From a virus, in the IMG/VR virus record IMGVR_UViG_3300044730_001822, positions 32,001 to 96,000 of that record: a DNA stretch of 64,000 nucleotides. One strand, 5' to 3'. Under the pieces are notes generated by a model, which had not been told where the DNA came from, made no database searches, and was given only the letters and a program-made list of their open reading frames with translations. The first letter of the stretch is position 1. Each line of letters opens with the position of its first letter. Both the position numbers and the translations under genes were made by a program. Below are positions 43,884-52,757 of this stretch, in pieces.

Positions 43884-43916
43884 TATTTATTTTACAACAA
43901 ATTGTCATTGTGTCAA
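43884..43916 (-). promoter_or_regulatory. Overlapping sigma70-like and late promoters for the gp55-47-46 operon
   Basis: The minus strand has TTGACA (43916-43911), 16 nt, then TAAAAT (43894-43889), overlapped by TAAATA (43889-43884). Confidence 0.6.
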
Positions 43917-43977
43917 CCGTTAATAACTCCAAAATCGCCGTTTTTACGGGTGCTAAATATAGACACAGGATATACCA

Positions 43978-45858
43978 ATGGCCACGCCCGCAGACAATCA
44001 AAAACAAATTGACAGCCTAGAAGCGCAGATCCAGCAGATACGCAACACCAAGTATCCTAACGATCCCTTTGGGGCAAAAAACGATCCTGAGATACGAGGA
44101 CTGCGAGCACAACAATCTACCCTTAAAACTCAGAATGCAGTTACAGCTCCCAACAATACTGCCACAGATGCCTATGAAGGTGTTGATAGAAACAGCGGAC
44201 AAGGTGTGTATGTAAACTCACAAACCGGAGAAAGATACATCGGCCCTGTGAAAGAAACACCGCAAAGCCAGGTTACTACCCAGGTCAATGCCGAAAACAT
44301 AGCAGAGGCCACATCCAAAGGTCCTGTGGGATCAGTGACCAATACCACGGTGCCAGGCACAGGCCCAAATGATACCTTAAGTCAGATCAACACCCAATCT
44401 AATCAAACTGCCCAGCCTAGTGTATCTCAAGGCGCACCTGCTGGCACAGATACTCCCGTCAATGCATCAACAGATCCTACACTGTCTGCACAACAATCTC
44501 TAGGCGACACCGGTACTCCTACACAAACGCTGGAAAGCAATTTTGCAGTCAATGACACCGGAGGTGTGCCCGCACAAAGTTTGGCCAACATCGATGGTGA
44601 CACCGGCTTCGTACCTCAGTTCACCGGCCCACCGTCGCCGCCTCCGGGTGCTGATCCCCAGACCAATGACTTTGTATTTGATCCCATCTCTGGAGAACTG
44701 TTGCCAAGCGATTCAGCAGCAGCCGAACGGGTACGATCCCAGCCTCAAGAAGTTGATGATTTTGAATTTGAACAACAGCAGGCCGAACGAACAGCCAGAG
44801 AAGAAGCCGAAGCATTCCAGCGCGGACAAACACCACCGCCGGCTGACTTTCCTTATGATACCGCAGTACAAGGCAGAGAACTGACCGACGAAGAAATACA
44901 AAATGCAGATAATCCCGATGATTCAGAACAAGAAATTGTAGTAGGCCCAGATGGTAGCCTTACTACCGTGACAACGAGTCGTGCCGAGGCTCAGGCCCAA
45001 GCAGAAACTCTAAGGCAAGCTCAGGCCTTGCAAGAACTGCGAGCAAAAAATACCAACGAAGATTGGCGCTTGCGTATAGGATTGGCACCATCTGCTACCT
45101 ATCTCTATAAAGCCGATTCTCCGGGCATACTAGCTCCTCTGAGATCAACACAAGGCGTGGTGTTTCCCTATACTCCACAGATCAGTACCAGTTATCGCGC
45201 CAACTACGATGCCTATGAATTGGTACATACCAACTACAAAGGATACTTTTATAAAAATTCCACTGTGGAAGAAATACAGATTTCGGGCATCTTCACCGCC
45301 AACAGTGCCAGCGAAGCTGACTATGTGTTGGCAGTGATTCATTTTTTCCGCAGCGCCAGCAAAATGTTCTATGGTCAAGACACTGAACCAACAGCCGGTA
45401 CTCCACCTCCTGTGCTGTTTATGGATGGACTAGGCGTGTATCAATTCAATGAACATCCTTGCTTGCTTTCTAGTTTTACTTACAGTCTTCCTTCGGATGT
45501 GGACTATATCCGCGCAGGTGGCGCAAGAAACTATTCCGGCGGCGAAGTCAACTTATCAGGTATTAGAAATCAACAGGGTGCCGCCAGTAACAGCCCTCTG
45601 GGCAGTGTGCTGGGCAGACTCAGCACACTGAAAAATACCTTTGATAACGTGATCAATCGTGGTGCTAAATCAACCAACCCCCAGGCCAGGAATATAACTA
45701 ATTTTTATGGCATAGCCGGACAGCCCACTTATGTGCCAACCAAGATACAGATACAGATTAGTTTATTACCGTTGATCAGCAGGCAACAACAGGCTCAACA
45801 ATTTAGTCTGCAAAACTATGCCACTGGCCAAGGTTTAAGAGAAAAAGGATTTTATTGA
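43978..45858 (+). CDS. Baseplate/tube-initiator-like protein with a long disordered N-terminus
   Basis: C-terminal DWRLR...GVVFPYTPQI...ANY....HTNY...G.FTA...A.IHFFRS..KMFYG...GTPPP. Precedes the gp53-like gene. Confidence 0.65.
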   Translation: MATPADNQKQIDSLEAQIQQIRNTKYPNDPFGAKNDPEIRGLRAQQSTLKTQNAVTAPNNTATDAYEGVDRNSGQGVYVNSQTGERYIGPVKETPQSQVTTQVNAENIAEATSKGPVGSVTNTTVPGTGPNDTLSQINTQSNQTAQPSVSQGAPAGTDTPVNASTDPTLSAQQSLGDTGTPTQTLESNFAVNDTGGVPAQSLANIDGDTGFVPQFTGPPSPPPGADPQTNDFVFDPISGELLPSDSAAAERVRSQPQEVDDFEFEQQQAERTAREEAEAFQRGQTPPPADFPYDTAVQGRELTDEEIQNADNPDDSEQEIVVGPDGSLTTVTTSRAEAQAQAETLRQAQALQELRAKNTNEDWRLRIGLAPSATYLYKADSPGILAPLRSTQGVVFPYTPQISTSYRANYDAYELVHTNYKGYFYKNSTVEEIQISGIFTANSASEADYVLAVIHFFRSASKMFYGQDTEPTAGTPPPVLFMDGLGVYQFNEHPCLLSSFTYSLPSDVDYIRAGGARNYSGGEVNLSGIRNQQGAASNSPLGSVLGRLSTLKNTFDNVINRGAKSTNPQARNITNFYGIAGQPTYVPTKIQIQISLLPLISRQQQAQQFSLQNYATGQGLREKGFY

Positions 45859-46157
45859 TGCCAATCTATGACGCCACCAGTCCTTATTATACCACATCCA
45901 TAGTCGACAACTATCTGGATGTCATGATCAACAGACCCATACCCAAAAGCGTAGATGACGAGTATGTCACTATCTCTGCTGTGTATAATCTCAGACCCGA
46001 TCTCATGGCCTATGACCTTTACGGTGATCCTAGATTGTGGTGGGTGTTTGCTCAGCGCAATCCCAATACACTGGTAGACCCTATCAATGATTTTGTCACA
46101 GGCAAAAAAATCTATCTGCCCGGGGGCAACAATATCAAAACAGCACTGGGACTGTAA
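45858..46157 (+). CDS. gp53: Baseplate wedge subunit, gp53/LysM-like
   Basis: YNLRPDLMAYDLYGDPRLWWVFAQRNP...DP..DF..G.KIYLP. Confidence 0.8.
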   Translation: MPIYDATSPYYTTSIVDNYLDVMINRPIPKSVDDEYVTISAVYNLRPDLMAYDLYGDPRLWWVFAQRNPNTLVDPINDFVTGKKIYLPGGNNIKTALGL

Positions 46158-46160
46158 CAC

Positions 46161-49100
46161 ATGGCCCTTGACATAGAAACCGCCAGCCGTAGACTAGCGC
46201 AAGAACAATCTCAACTGGCGCAGGCCAAGGCAGCGCTGAGTCAGGCACAGGCCGAATACAATCAAGCAGTGGCCTCGGGCAAGATAAAACCAGGCACACC
46301 CGAAGCCATTGAATTTCGTAGACAATTAAATATACCCAGTCTGCAGGCCGATGTTGAAACAGTACAGGCCGGCGTCAACGAAGCACAGGTGGCATTTGAT
46401 CTAGCTCAGGCCGAAGCCACACAACAAAAAAGCAGCGCAGCTGCATCCAGTGGTACTGCTAGAACTGCAGCCACACAAGGTGGCGCATCCGCTGCTGATC
46501 CCAACAATGCCAATACTGCCAGTGGGGGTGCTCCGGTACCCACCGGTCAGCCGGTCGCTGGTTCAGTGTCCGACACCACAGTCAATGCCATACCGCCATC
46601 GTCGGTTGATCCGCAGGTAGATCCACGCACGCCTGCCCAGATAGCTGCAGATGATGAACGTATCAGAGCAGCAGGAGCTATATCCTCAGAGGGCATAGCC
46701 AATCCTGAAAAATCTGTTACAACCCCTGGATATGATCAAACAGCAGGCAGTCAGGAAGATGCCGGACCCACGGTAGCACAAAATATCAGGAGTTCTGCTG
46801 CCACACAAGCACAAAATACCGCATCTCCTGCAGGCCCTCTGCCTAATCCTTTGGACAAGTATTCGTCTTATACCTATAATCTGGCACTGTATATTTGCAA
46901 GCCCTCGGATTACAATGCCTATGCCACAGCACAGGATGGAACCAGTATTGGGCTACCGGGCAACCAATTGATAGCAAGATCCGGCGGTAGTCCGGTGGGC
47001 CAGAATCAAAGAAATCCTTTTTTCAGCGACATAGATATCAACATTGACAAATTACAAATAAAATCAACAATTGGATTCAGCGAAACAGGCCTACCCACTT
47101 CCGTCGGCGATATATCTTTTACCTTGACTGAACCTGCTGGTGCAACTCTATTATATCGACTGCAGTCTGCTGTGGCCGAATTGGCCAACAATGATCCCAG
47201 CGTTGGACCAGCATTTTACTTCAACACCACGTTTGCTATCATTGTAAGATTCTATGGTTATGACGAGCTGGGTATGCCATCCTCGGTGCGCAGTATCAAC
47301 AACGCCGGTGCAGCAGGCGCCTCAGAAAATTCAGTCATCACCAAAATATTTTTCTTTGAACTCACTGACATTGACACAATGATTGGTTCGCGCATAGTGG
47401 AATATCATGTTAAAGGAGTGTATACATCAAATTTCATAGGCAAAGGCGCCGCGCTAGGCATCAGCCCTGCTAGATTTGAACTTACCGGTACCAATCTCAA
47501 TGATATTTTCAACGGCATACCAGGCAGCAGTAATACCACCAATCAAGATTCTAACCCCCGCGAAGAGACCGGCGCACAGGACAGCGGTGCAGGCGCTAAA
47601 ACATCAGCTCAGCCCAGCCAGAATATTCCCACTAGAGGTCTTTGCCAGGCATTAAACAACGAAAATCAACGACGTGCCAGGCCCGACAAGCAAGGTCGCA
47701 AAGTTTATGAATACGCCGATGAATATGAAATTATTTTTGCCAGCGAAGCACTTAAAAATGCCAAGATAACCATAGCCGGCATTGACAACAGCCTGACCAC
47801 CGCGGCTGGTGTCAAGCCCTTGGATACCAAAGCCGAAAACACTAGGAAAAATACCAGTGTGTCTAAAAATGCCAAGAACGTTCACATAGACGTGGGCACA
47901 CCTATTATACAGTGGTTAGACATGATGATACGCAACAGTGAATATATTAAATCACAGGCATCGCTGTTGTTACAAGAAGAACCACCGGAAAACGAAGCAC
48001 AAGGCAATCAAGGCGCTGCCGCTGCTAAAATCAATCAACCTAAATCTCCTGTGAAGTGGTACAAGATAACTCCGTATGTCAAAAAACTAAATTATGACAC
48101 ACTGCGTAATGTCTATGCCTGCAAAATCATTTATGTGATTTCTGATTACTACATCACTGATCCAAGAACACCTTATTTCAAACGTGCGCCTTGGCCAGGC
48201 CCAGATAAACTTTATCGATATGTCTTTACCGGACAGAACACACAGGTCTTGCAATATGAACAACATCTAAACTTCTTGTATAGACAGACCTTTGAACTAA
48301 ATGCACCCTTAGGGCAGGATCCAGCCAAAGAACGTGCTGTGGCCAGCGGTCGTGTGGATAATTCATACGCATTTCGTGTAGTGGCCGGCACGGGCAAACA
48401 AGGCAGCCTGGGTGACAGTACCGATTTGGCAGCTCGTGCAGCTGCAGGAATTTACAGTCCAACTGATTTTGCCGATGTGAAAATAAAAGTCATTGGCGAT
48501 CCCGATTATCTATTTCAAGATTACTATAATGTCACACAGGCGCAGTTGTCTAGAGAAGCATACAAGAGATTAGCACAGGTCAATGGGCTCAGTATCAACT
48601 ACAGCGAATTGTATATGCAAATATCTTTTTTGACCGGTGATGATTGGAATCTGCTCACTGGTACGGTTGGACTTGATCCCAAAGTTGGATACGCTCGCAA
48701 AGTCAGTGCAGCTTATAGAATCAATGATGTAACCAGTTATTTCTTCGGTGGTCAATTTACCCAAGATATCGAGGGCACTGAACTTATCAATGTTAATCCT
48801 GATGTGGCGATCATCAATGGCGATTATGTGGCTGGCACGCCTGCTACTACAGGCGTGACTACCAGCACTACCAACCCCGATGCCACAGAAACACGCCAGG
48901 AAACCTCAGACAACAGATCTACAGCAAGCACATCCTCAGATCAAAATCTCCGCACACAGCAAGGCGGTCCCAGCACAGTGCCCCAGACCAGCACCGGAGC
49001 ATTGCCTGCGCCGCAGGCGCCCAAGATCAACAACAGTTCGGTGGCACAGAAAGTTCGGTCAAACACACAGCAAAGAGCACAGGCCGCGAGAAAATTAGAG

Positions 49101-49181
49101 CCCAATCTACAACAAATAGGCAACGATGACGCCATTGGAGAAGATCGCGGTTCAGACGTAGCACCTTATATCGCACCCTAG
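46161..49181 (+). CDS. Large baseplate hub protein (gp27/late-control-D-like) with low-complexity ends
   Basis: PNPLDKYSSYTYNLALY, EP.G.TL, Y.Y.FTG.NT.V, I.GDP, Y.I..V.S.F.GG.FTQ. Lies between the gp53-like and gp5-like genes. Confidence 0.6.
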   Translation: MALDIETASRRLAQEQSQLAQAKAALSQAQAEYNQAVASGKIKPGTPEAIEFRRQLNIPSLQADVETVQAGVNEAQVAFDLAQAEATQQKSSAAASSGTARTAATQGGASAADPNNANTASGGAPVPTGQPVAGSVSDTTVNAIPPSSVDPQVDPRTPAQIAADDERIRAAGAISSEGIANPEKSVTTPGYDQTAGSQEDAGPTVAQNIRSSAATQAQNTASPAGPLPNPLDKYSSYTYNLALYICKPSDYNAYATAQDGTSIGLPGNQLIARSGGSPVGQNQRNPFFSDIDINIDKLQIKSTIGFSETGLPTSVGDISFTLTEPAGATLLYRLQSAVAELANNDPSVGPAFYFNTTFAIIVRFYGYDELGMPSSVRSINNAGAAGASENSVITKIFFFELTDIDTMIGSRIVEYHVKGVYTSNFIGKGAALGISPARFELTGTNLNDIFNGIPGSSNTTNQDSNPREETGAQDSGAGAKTSAQPSQNIPTRGLCQALNNENQRRARPDKQGRKVYEYADEYEIIFASEALKNAKITIAGIDNSLTTAAGVKPLDTKAENTRKNTSVSKNAKNVHIDVGTPIIQWLDMMIRNSEYIKSQASLLLQEEPPENEAQGNQGAAAAKINQPKSPVKWYKITPYVKKLNYDTLRNVYACKIIYVISDYYITDPRTPYFKRAPWPGPDKLYRYVFTGQNTQVLQYEQHLNFLYRQTFELNAPLGQDPAKERAVASGRVDNSYAFRVVAGTGKQGSLGDSTDLAARAAAGIYSPTDFADVKIKVIGDPDYLFQDYYNVTQAQLSREAYKRLAQVNGLSINYSELYMQISFLTGDDWNLLTGTVGLDPKVGYARKVSAAYRINDVTSYFFGGQFTQDIEGTELINVNPDVAIINGDYVAGTPATTGVTTSTTNPDATETRQETSDNRSTASTSSDQNLRTQQGGPSTVPQTSTGALPAPQAPKINNSSVAQKVRSNTQQRAQAARKLEPNLQQIGNDDAIGEDRGSDVAPYIAP

Positions 49182-49189
49182 AGAACAAC

Positions 49190-50638
49190 ATGGCAGACAA
49201 TTATCAAGTCAACAAAGGACAGGTCAAAGATTTATCATTTGGACGAGGCCGCACACCGGTCAATCCCGGGCCCTATATAGGCATAGTCAAAGACAGCACC
49301 GACTCCACACTGTCGGGCAGACTGCGTGTGTACATTCCAGAAATGGCCGGAGATGTTGACAATGATCCCAGCACCTGGCACACCGTCAGTTACATGAGTC
49401 CTTTTTACGGTGTTACTCCTAATCATACCGATCTAGAAGGACCTGGCACATTCATGGGCGGCAGGCAAAGCTATGGATTTTGGGCCACACCACCAGATGA
49501 AGGTTCCAAGGTCATGGTGATATTTGTCTACGGTGATCCCAATCAAGGATACTATATAGGTTGTATTCCCGAACCGGGTTTGACACATATGTTGCCAGCC
49601 ATTGGCGCAGCAGCCAATCCTGATCAAGCAGGTGACAGCAACGACTACTATGCGTTAGAAAAAACGCCCAGCAACTTATCCAACAAGCCATTGCTGCCAA
49701 CAGTTGAAATCAACGACAACTATTCAGCCATAGAGCAAGATCCCAAGTACTATACCAAACCCAAGGCTGTGCATCTGGTGCAGGCAGCACAGATGTTGCA
49801 ACAAGGCATCATCGATGATCCTGCTCGCGGTCCCATCACTACCAACAGCCAAAGAGAATCTCCCAGCAGAGTGTTTGGCATCAGCACTCCGGGACAGCCC
49901 ATCTACAAAGGAATCAACAATGACAATGTCAGCGGCGATGTAGATTCGGGCACAGTAACACCCGACAAACTAGAAGTGCAGGGCCGCATAGGCGGGCATA
50001 CCTTGGCCATGGACGATGGTGACATCAACGGTGATAACAAACTGTTTAGACTGCGCAGCAGCCAAGGACATCAGATCCTGATGAATGATTCGGACAGCTT
50101 CTTGCACATCATCAGCAAGCGTGGCGATGTCTGGATCGAATTAAATCGCGAAGGCGCACTAGACATCTATGCTGAAAACAGCATCAATCTAAGAACTTCT
50201 GGCACACTGAATTTCCACGCAGATCAAGACATCAATTTTAATGCCGGTGGCAAAATACGTATGCGTAGTTTTGGTTCGATGAATCTCGAAACCCAGGATG
50301 TGTTAAACATCAGGGCCAACAAAAATATCAATGTCTATACTCAGGCCACATTCGAAGTCAAAGCCGACGGCACACTGTTGTTGGATGCCGGGGGCAAAGG
50401 CTCTTGGAAATGTGGCGGCGAACTGCGCATGGATGCCAGCCTGATAGCATTCAATTCCGGCGGTTCGGAAACAGTGCCAGTGGTGCCAGAACTGATCAAA
50501 AACAGCTTGCCCAATACTGAGTTCGATGGCAGCGACTGGATCATACAAAAAGATGCACTGCAGACCGTGGTCACCCGTGCGCCCACGCACGAACCCTATG
50601 CCTTGCACGATTATGGAGTACCGGTCAATGGCCAGTAA
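49190..50638 (+). CDS. gp5: Baseplate central spike, gp5/VgrG-like (OB-fold plus beta-helix)
   Basis: GPYIGIVK...D....GRLRVYIP, SYGFW..PPD.G..V.V.F, GH...MDD, R...GHQILM.D, beta-helix repeats, R.PTHEPY..H. Confidence 0.8.
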   Translation: MADNYQVNKGQVKDLSFGRGRTPVNPGPYIGIVKDSTDSTLSGRLRVYIPEMAGDVDNDPSTWHTVSYMSPFYGVTPNHTDLEGPGTFMGGRQSYGFWATPPDEGSKVMVIFVYGDPNQGYYIGCIPEPGLTHMLPAIGAAANPDQAGDSNDYYALEKTPSNLSNKPLLPTVEINDNYSAIEQDPKYYTKPKAVHLVQAAQMLQQGIIDDPARGPITTNSQRESPSRVFGISTPGQPIYKGINNDNVSGDVDSGTVTPDKLEVQGRIGGHTLAMDDGDINGDNKLFRLRSSQGHQILMNDSDSFLHIISKRGDVWIELNREGALDIYAENSINLRTSGTLNFHADQDINFNAGGKIRMRSFGSMNLETQDVLNIRANKNINVYTQATFEVKADGTLLLDAGGKGSWKCGGELRMDASLIAFNSGGSETVPVVPELIKNSLPNTEFDGSDWIIQKDALQTVVTRAPTHEPYALHDYGVPVNGQ

Positions 50639-51224
50639 TCTCACAGAGATCGCTTATCAGTTGGGACTGGGTGTCAAGTCGGTCATTGTGCAGACTGCTG
50701 ACGTCACAGACATTCCTTTGCCCACGCAATTGTTAGGCACCTTGACTCCGGCAGTGCAGCAGATAATGATGGGACAACGCCGCCTGCAGGTTGTTCAAAA
50801 TCCCCTTGAATGGAGCATAGAAAAAGGCATTGGTGTACAGGGTTTGAATGTGTTGCAACTGTATGATCTTGGTCTGATCAAACCCCGGGTATTTGACAAT
50901 TTCTCTGCAGGCAATACCAACACTGACAGCATAGGATTGGTGCCGTCAACTTTGCCTTTCAATGAGCAGCAGGTCTATGACACCTTGGCATTGAAAACAG
51001 CCTGGACCGGCGTGTACAATGTTTACAATGTGTCGGACATTTTGACCAGGACACAACTGCAGTACACACTGATCCAAGACAGTTATATCTTGAGTTACAA
51101 CAGTTTGATTTCTGCCAACATCATCAACGGCACCGAAGACATAGAAGTGCTGAGCATGACCGTGGGGCTGACCAGTATTTTTGGTCTGGCAGCAGTGTCA
51201 GAATTCCTTGGAGGCAAATTGTAA
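50628..51224 (+). CDS. Hypothetical baseplate-associated protein (198 aa; start revised to MASNLTE)
   Basis: GGAG SD before ATG 50628, which overlaps the gp5-like stop. Confidence 0.65.
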   Translation: MASNLTEIAYQLGLGVKSVIVQTADVTDIPLPTQLLGTLTPAVQQIMMGQRRLQVVQNPLEWSIEKGIGVQGLNVLQLYDLGLIKPRVFDNFSAGNTNTDSIGLVPSTLPFNEQQVYDTLALKTAWTGVYNVYNVSDILTRTQLQYTLIQDSYILSYNSLISANIINGTEDIEVLSMTVGLTSIFGLAAVSEFLGGKL

Positions 51225-52327
51225 TGGCGTCATTGATACCTACCAGCACAGGACAAGTCATTGGAGCCAGCCAGAGTTTGATCAGCACTGCCACAGCCAC
51301 AGGACTAAACACACAGGGCCTGGCAGCCATGACCAAGACAGCGACCAATCTCACAGCAGCAGGCGCTAACCTATTGAAACTAAATCAGCAGTCGGCCAGT
51401 GCTGTGCAAGGTCTGTTACCCAACGGTACTTTGACGGTGGATTCATTGCTGAACAAAGCCAAAACAGGTCTCGACAGTGTATTTTCTGCACAAGGTGCCA
51501 AGGCCACAGCCACACAATTTTTCAAATCCGCACAAGACACTGCCAATAAAATCGCAGCCGATGTCAAGTCAGTGGTTTCTAAACTGTCCAGCGGCAGTGT
51601 CAGTGCTGCTTCGTTGACTCCCACTGCCAGCCTCGGTTCTTTGTCCAATATAGCCGCGGCTGCAAAAAGTGCTGTTAACTATATTCCTGGCGCCAGCAGT
51701 GTCATACAACAGGTTGGTGCAGTGAGTGCCACCACGGCCAAGGCCGTGACCGCCACAGTGGATTCGCTGAAAGTGGCTGGATCTATATCGGGCATCAATG
51801 TGGCGCAGTTGTCCGCAGCCAATCCCCAGGTCACACAGGCCATCAGTGGACTGAGCCAAGCAGCTAAAATTTCAGCACCGGGTGTGAGCCTGCCCACATC
51901 CTTGCCGGCCATACCTGGACTGCCAGCCATACCATCCATTGATCCTGCACAACTCAAGGCAGCAACGGCTGCCATATCCGCGGCGCAGAATCCTCCCAAC
52001 CCACTGGCCAGTGTGGGCACTGCCATTGGTGCAGTAGATCGCAGTAAGATAGACGCTGCCTTTACAGCAACACTGCCGCCGGGTCTGCCCAGTTTCAATC
52101 CTGGTACCATATCCGCTGCACAGCAGGCCGGCACAGCATTGAATCAAGCCAGATTTAAAAATACCAAAGACGAGGATCTTACCTATTCAGGACCTGATCC
52201 ATTGGTCTGGGATGAAATCAACAGTGAACGACTGCGCCGTAATTTGCCGGGCCTGCCCAATCCTAGGCCAGCCGAGGACAGCGATTATGTTAAAAAATAC
52301 AGCCAACCTGCCAACAACGGCGGTTAA
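51224..52327 (+). CDS. Ala/Ser/Thr-rich low-complexity virion protein
   Basis: TAATG coupling to the upstream gene; composition and context. Confidence 0.65.
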   Translation: MASLIPTSTGQVIGASQSLISTATATGLNTQGLAAMTKTATNLTAAGANLLKLNQQSASAVQGLLPNGTLTVDSLLNKAKTGLDSVFSAQGAKATATQFFKSAQDTANKIAADVKSVVSKLSSGSVSAASLTPTASLGSLSNIAAAAKSAVNYIPGASSVIQQVGAVSATTAKAVTATVDSLKVAGSISGINVAQLSAANPQVTQAISGLSQAAKISAPGVSLPTSLPAIPGLPAIPSIDPAQLKAATAAISAAQNPPNPLASVGTAIGAVDRSKIDAAFTATLPPGLPSFNPGTISAAQQAGTALNQARFKNTKDEDLTYSGPDPLVWDEINSERLRRNLPGLPNPRPAEDSDYVKKYSQPANNGG

Positions 52328-52337
52328 ATACTAGACT

Positions 52338-52712
52338 ATGGCAACATTTGTAGGTTACAACACACAGCAGGCATATAAAAAATTCACCTTGGTTGATCAG
52401 CAGCTGGTGATCAGGGATTTGTTAAATGCTTTCAACATCAAGGCCGGTGAATTGCCTGGACGTCCTCAATATGGATCGCCTATCTGGGCCATGATTTTTG
52501 AGCAGATGACCCCAGACACACAGCAAAGCATACGCCAGAGTTGTATAGATATCATAGCACAAGATCCCAGGCTGAGCCTGCAGACCATCAACGTGTTTCC
52601 TTTTGACAATGGCATGCTCATGGAAATTGAAGTACAGTTTTTACCTAACACTGACGTGGCATTTCTGCGTGTATTTTTTGATGCCAACACCGGTGTGGCC
52701 GGGCAGGTATAA
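52338..52712 (+). CDS. gp25: Baseplate wedge / sheath initiator, gp25-like
   Basis: D..LV.RDLLN.FNI..GE.PG.P.YG..IW...FE, I..DPRL. Confidence 0.88.
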   Translation: MATFVGYNTQQAYKKFTLVDQQLVIRDLLNAFNIKAGELPGRPQYGSPIWAMIFEQMTPDTQQSIRQSCIDIIAQDPRLSLQTINVFPFDNGMLMEIEVQFLPNTDVAFLRVFFDANTGVAGQV

Positions 52713-52757
52713 AACCCCAGTTTTTTACCAGATAAATATTAAAACAACGATATAACT

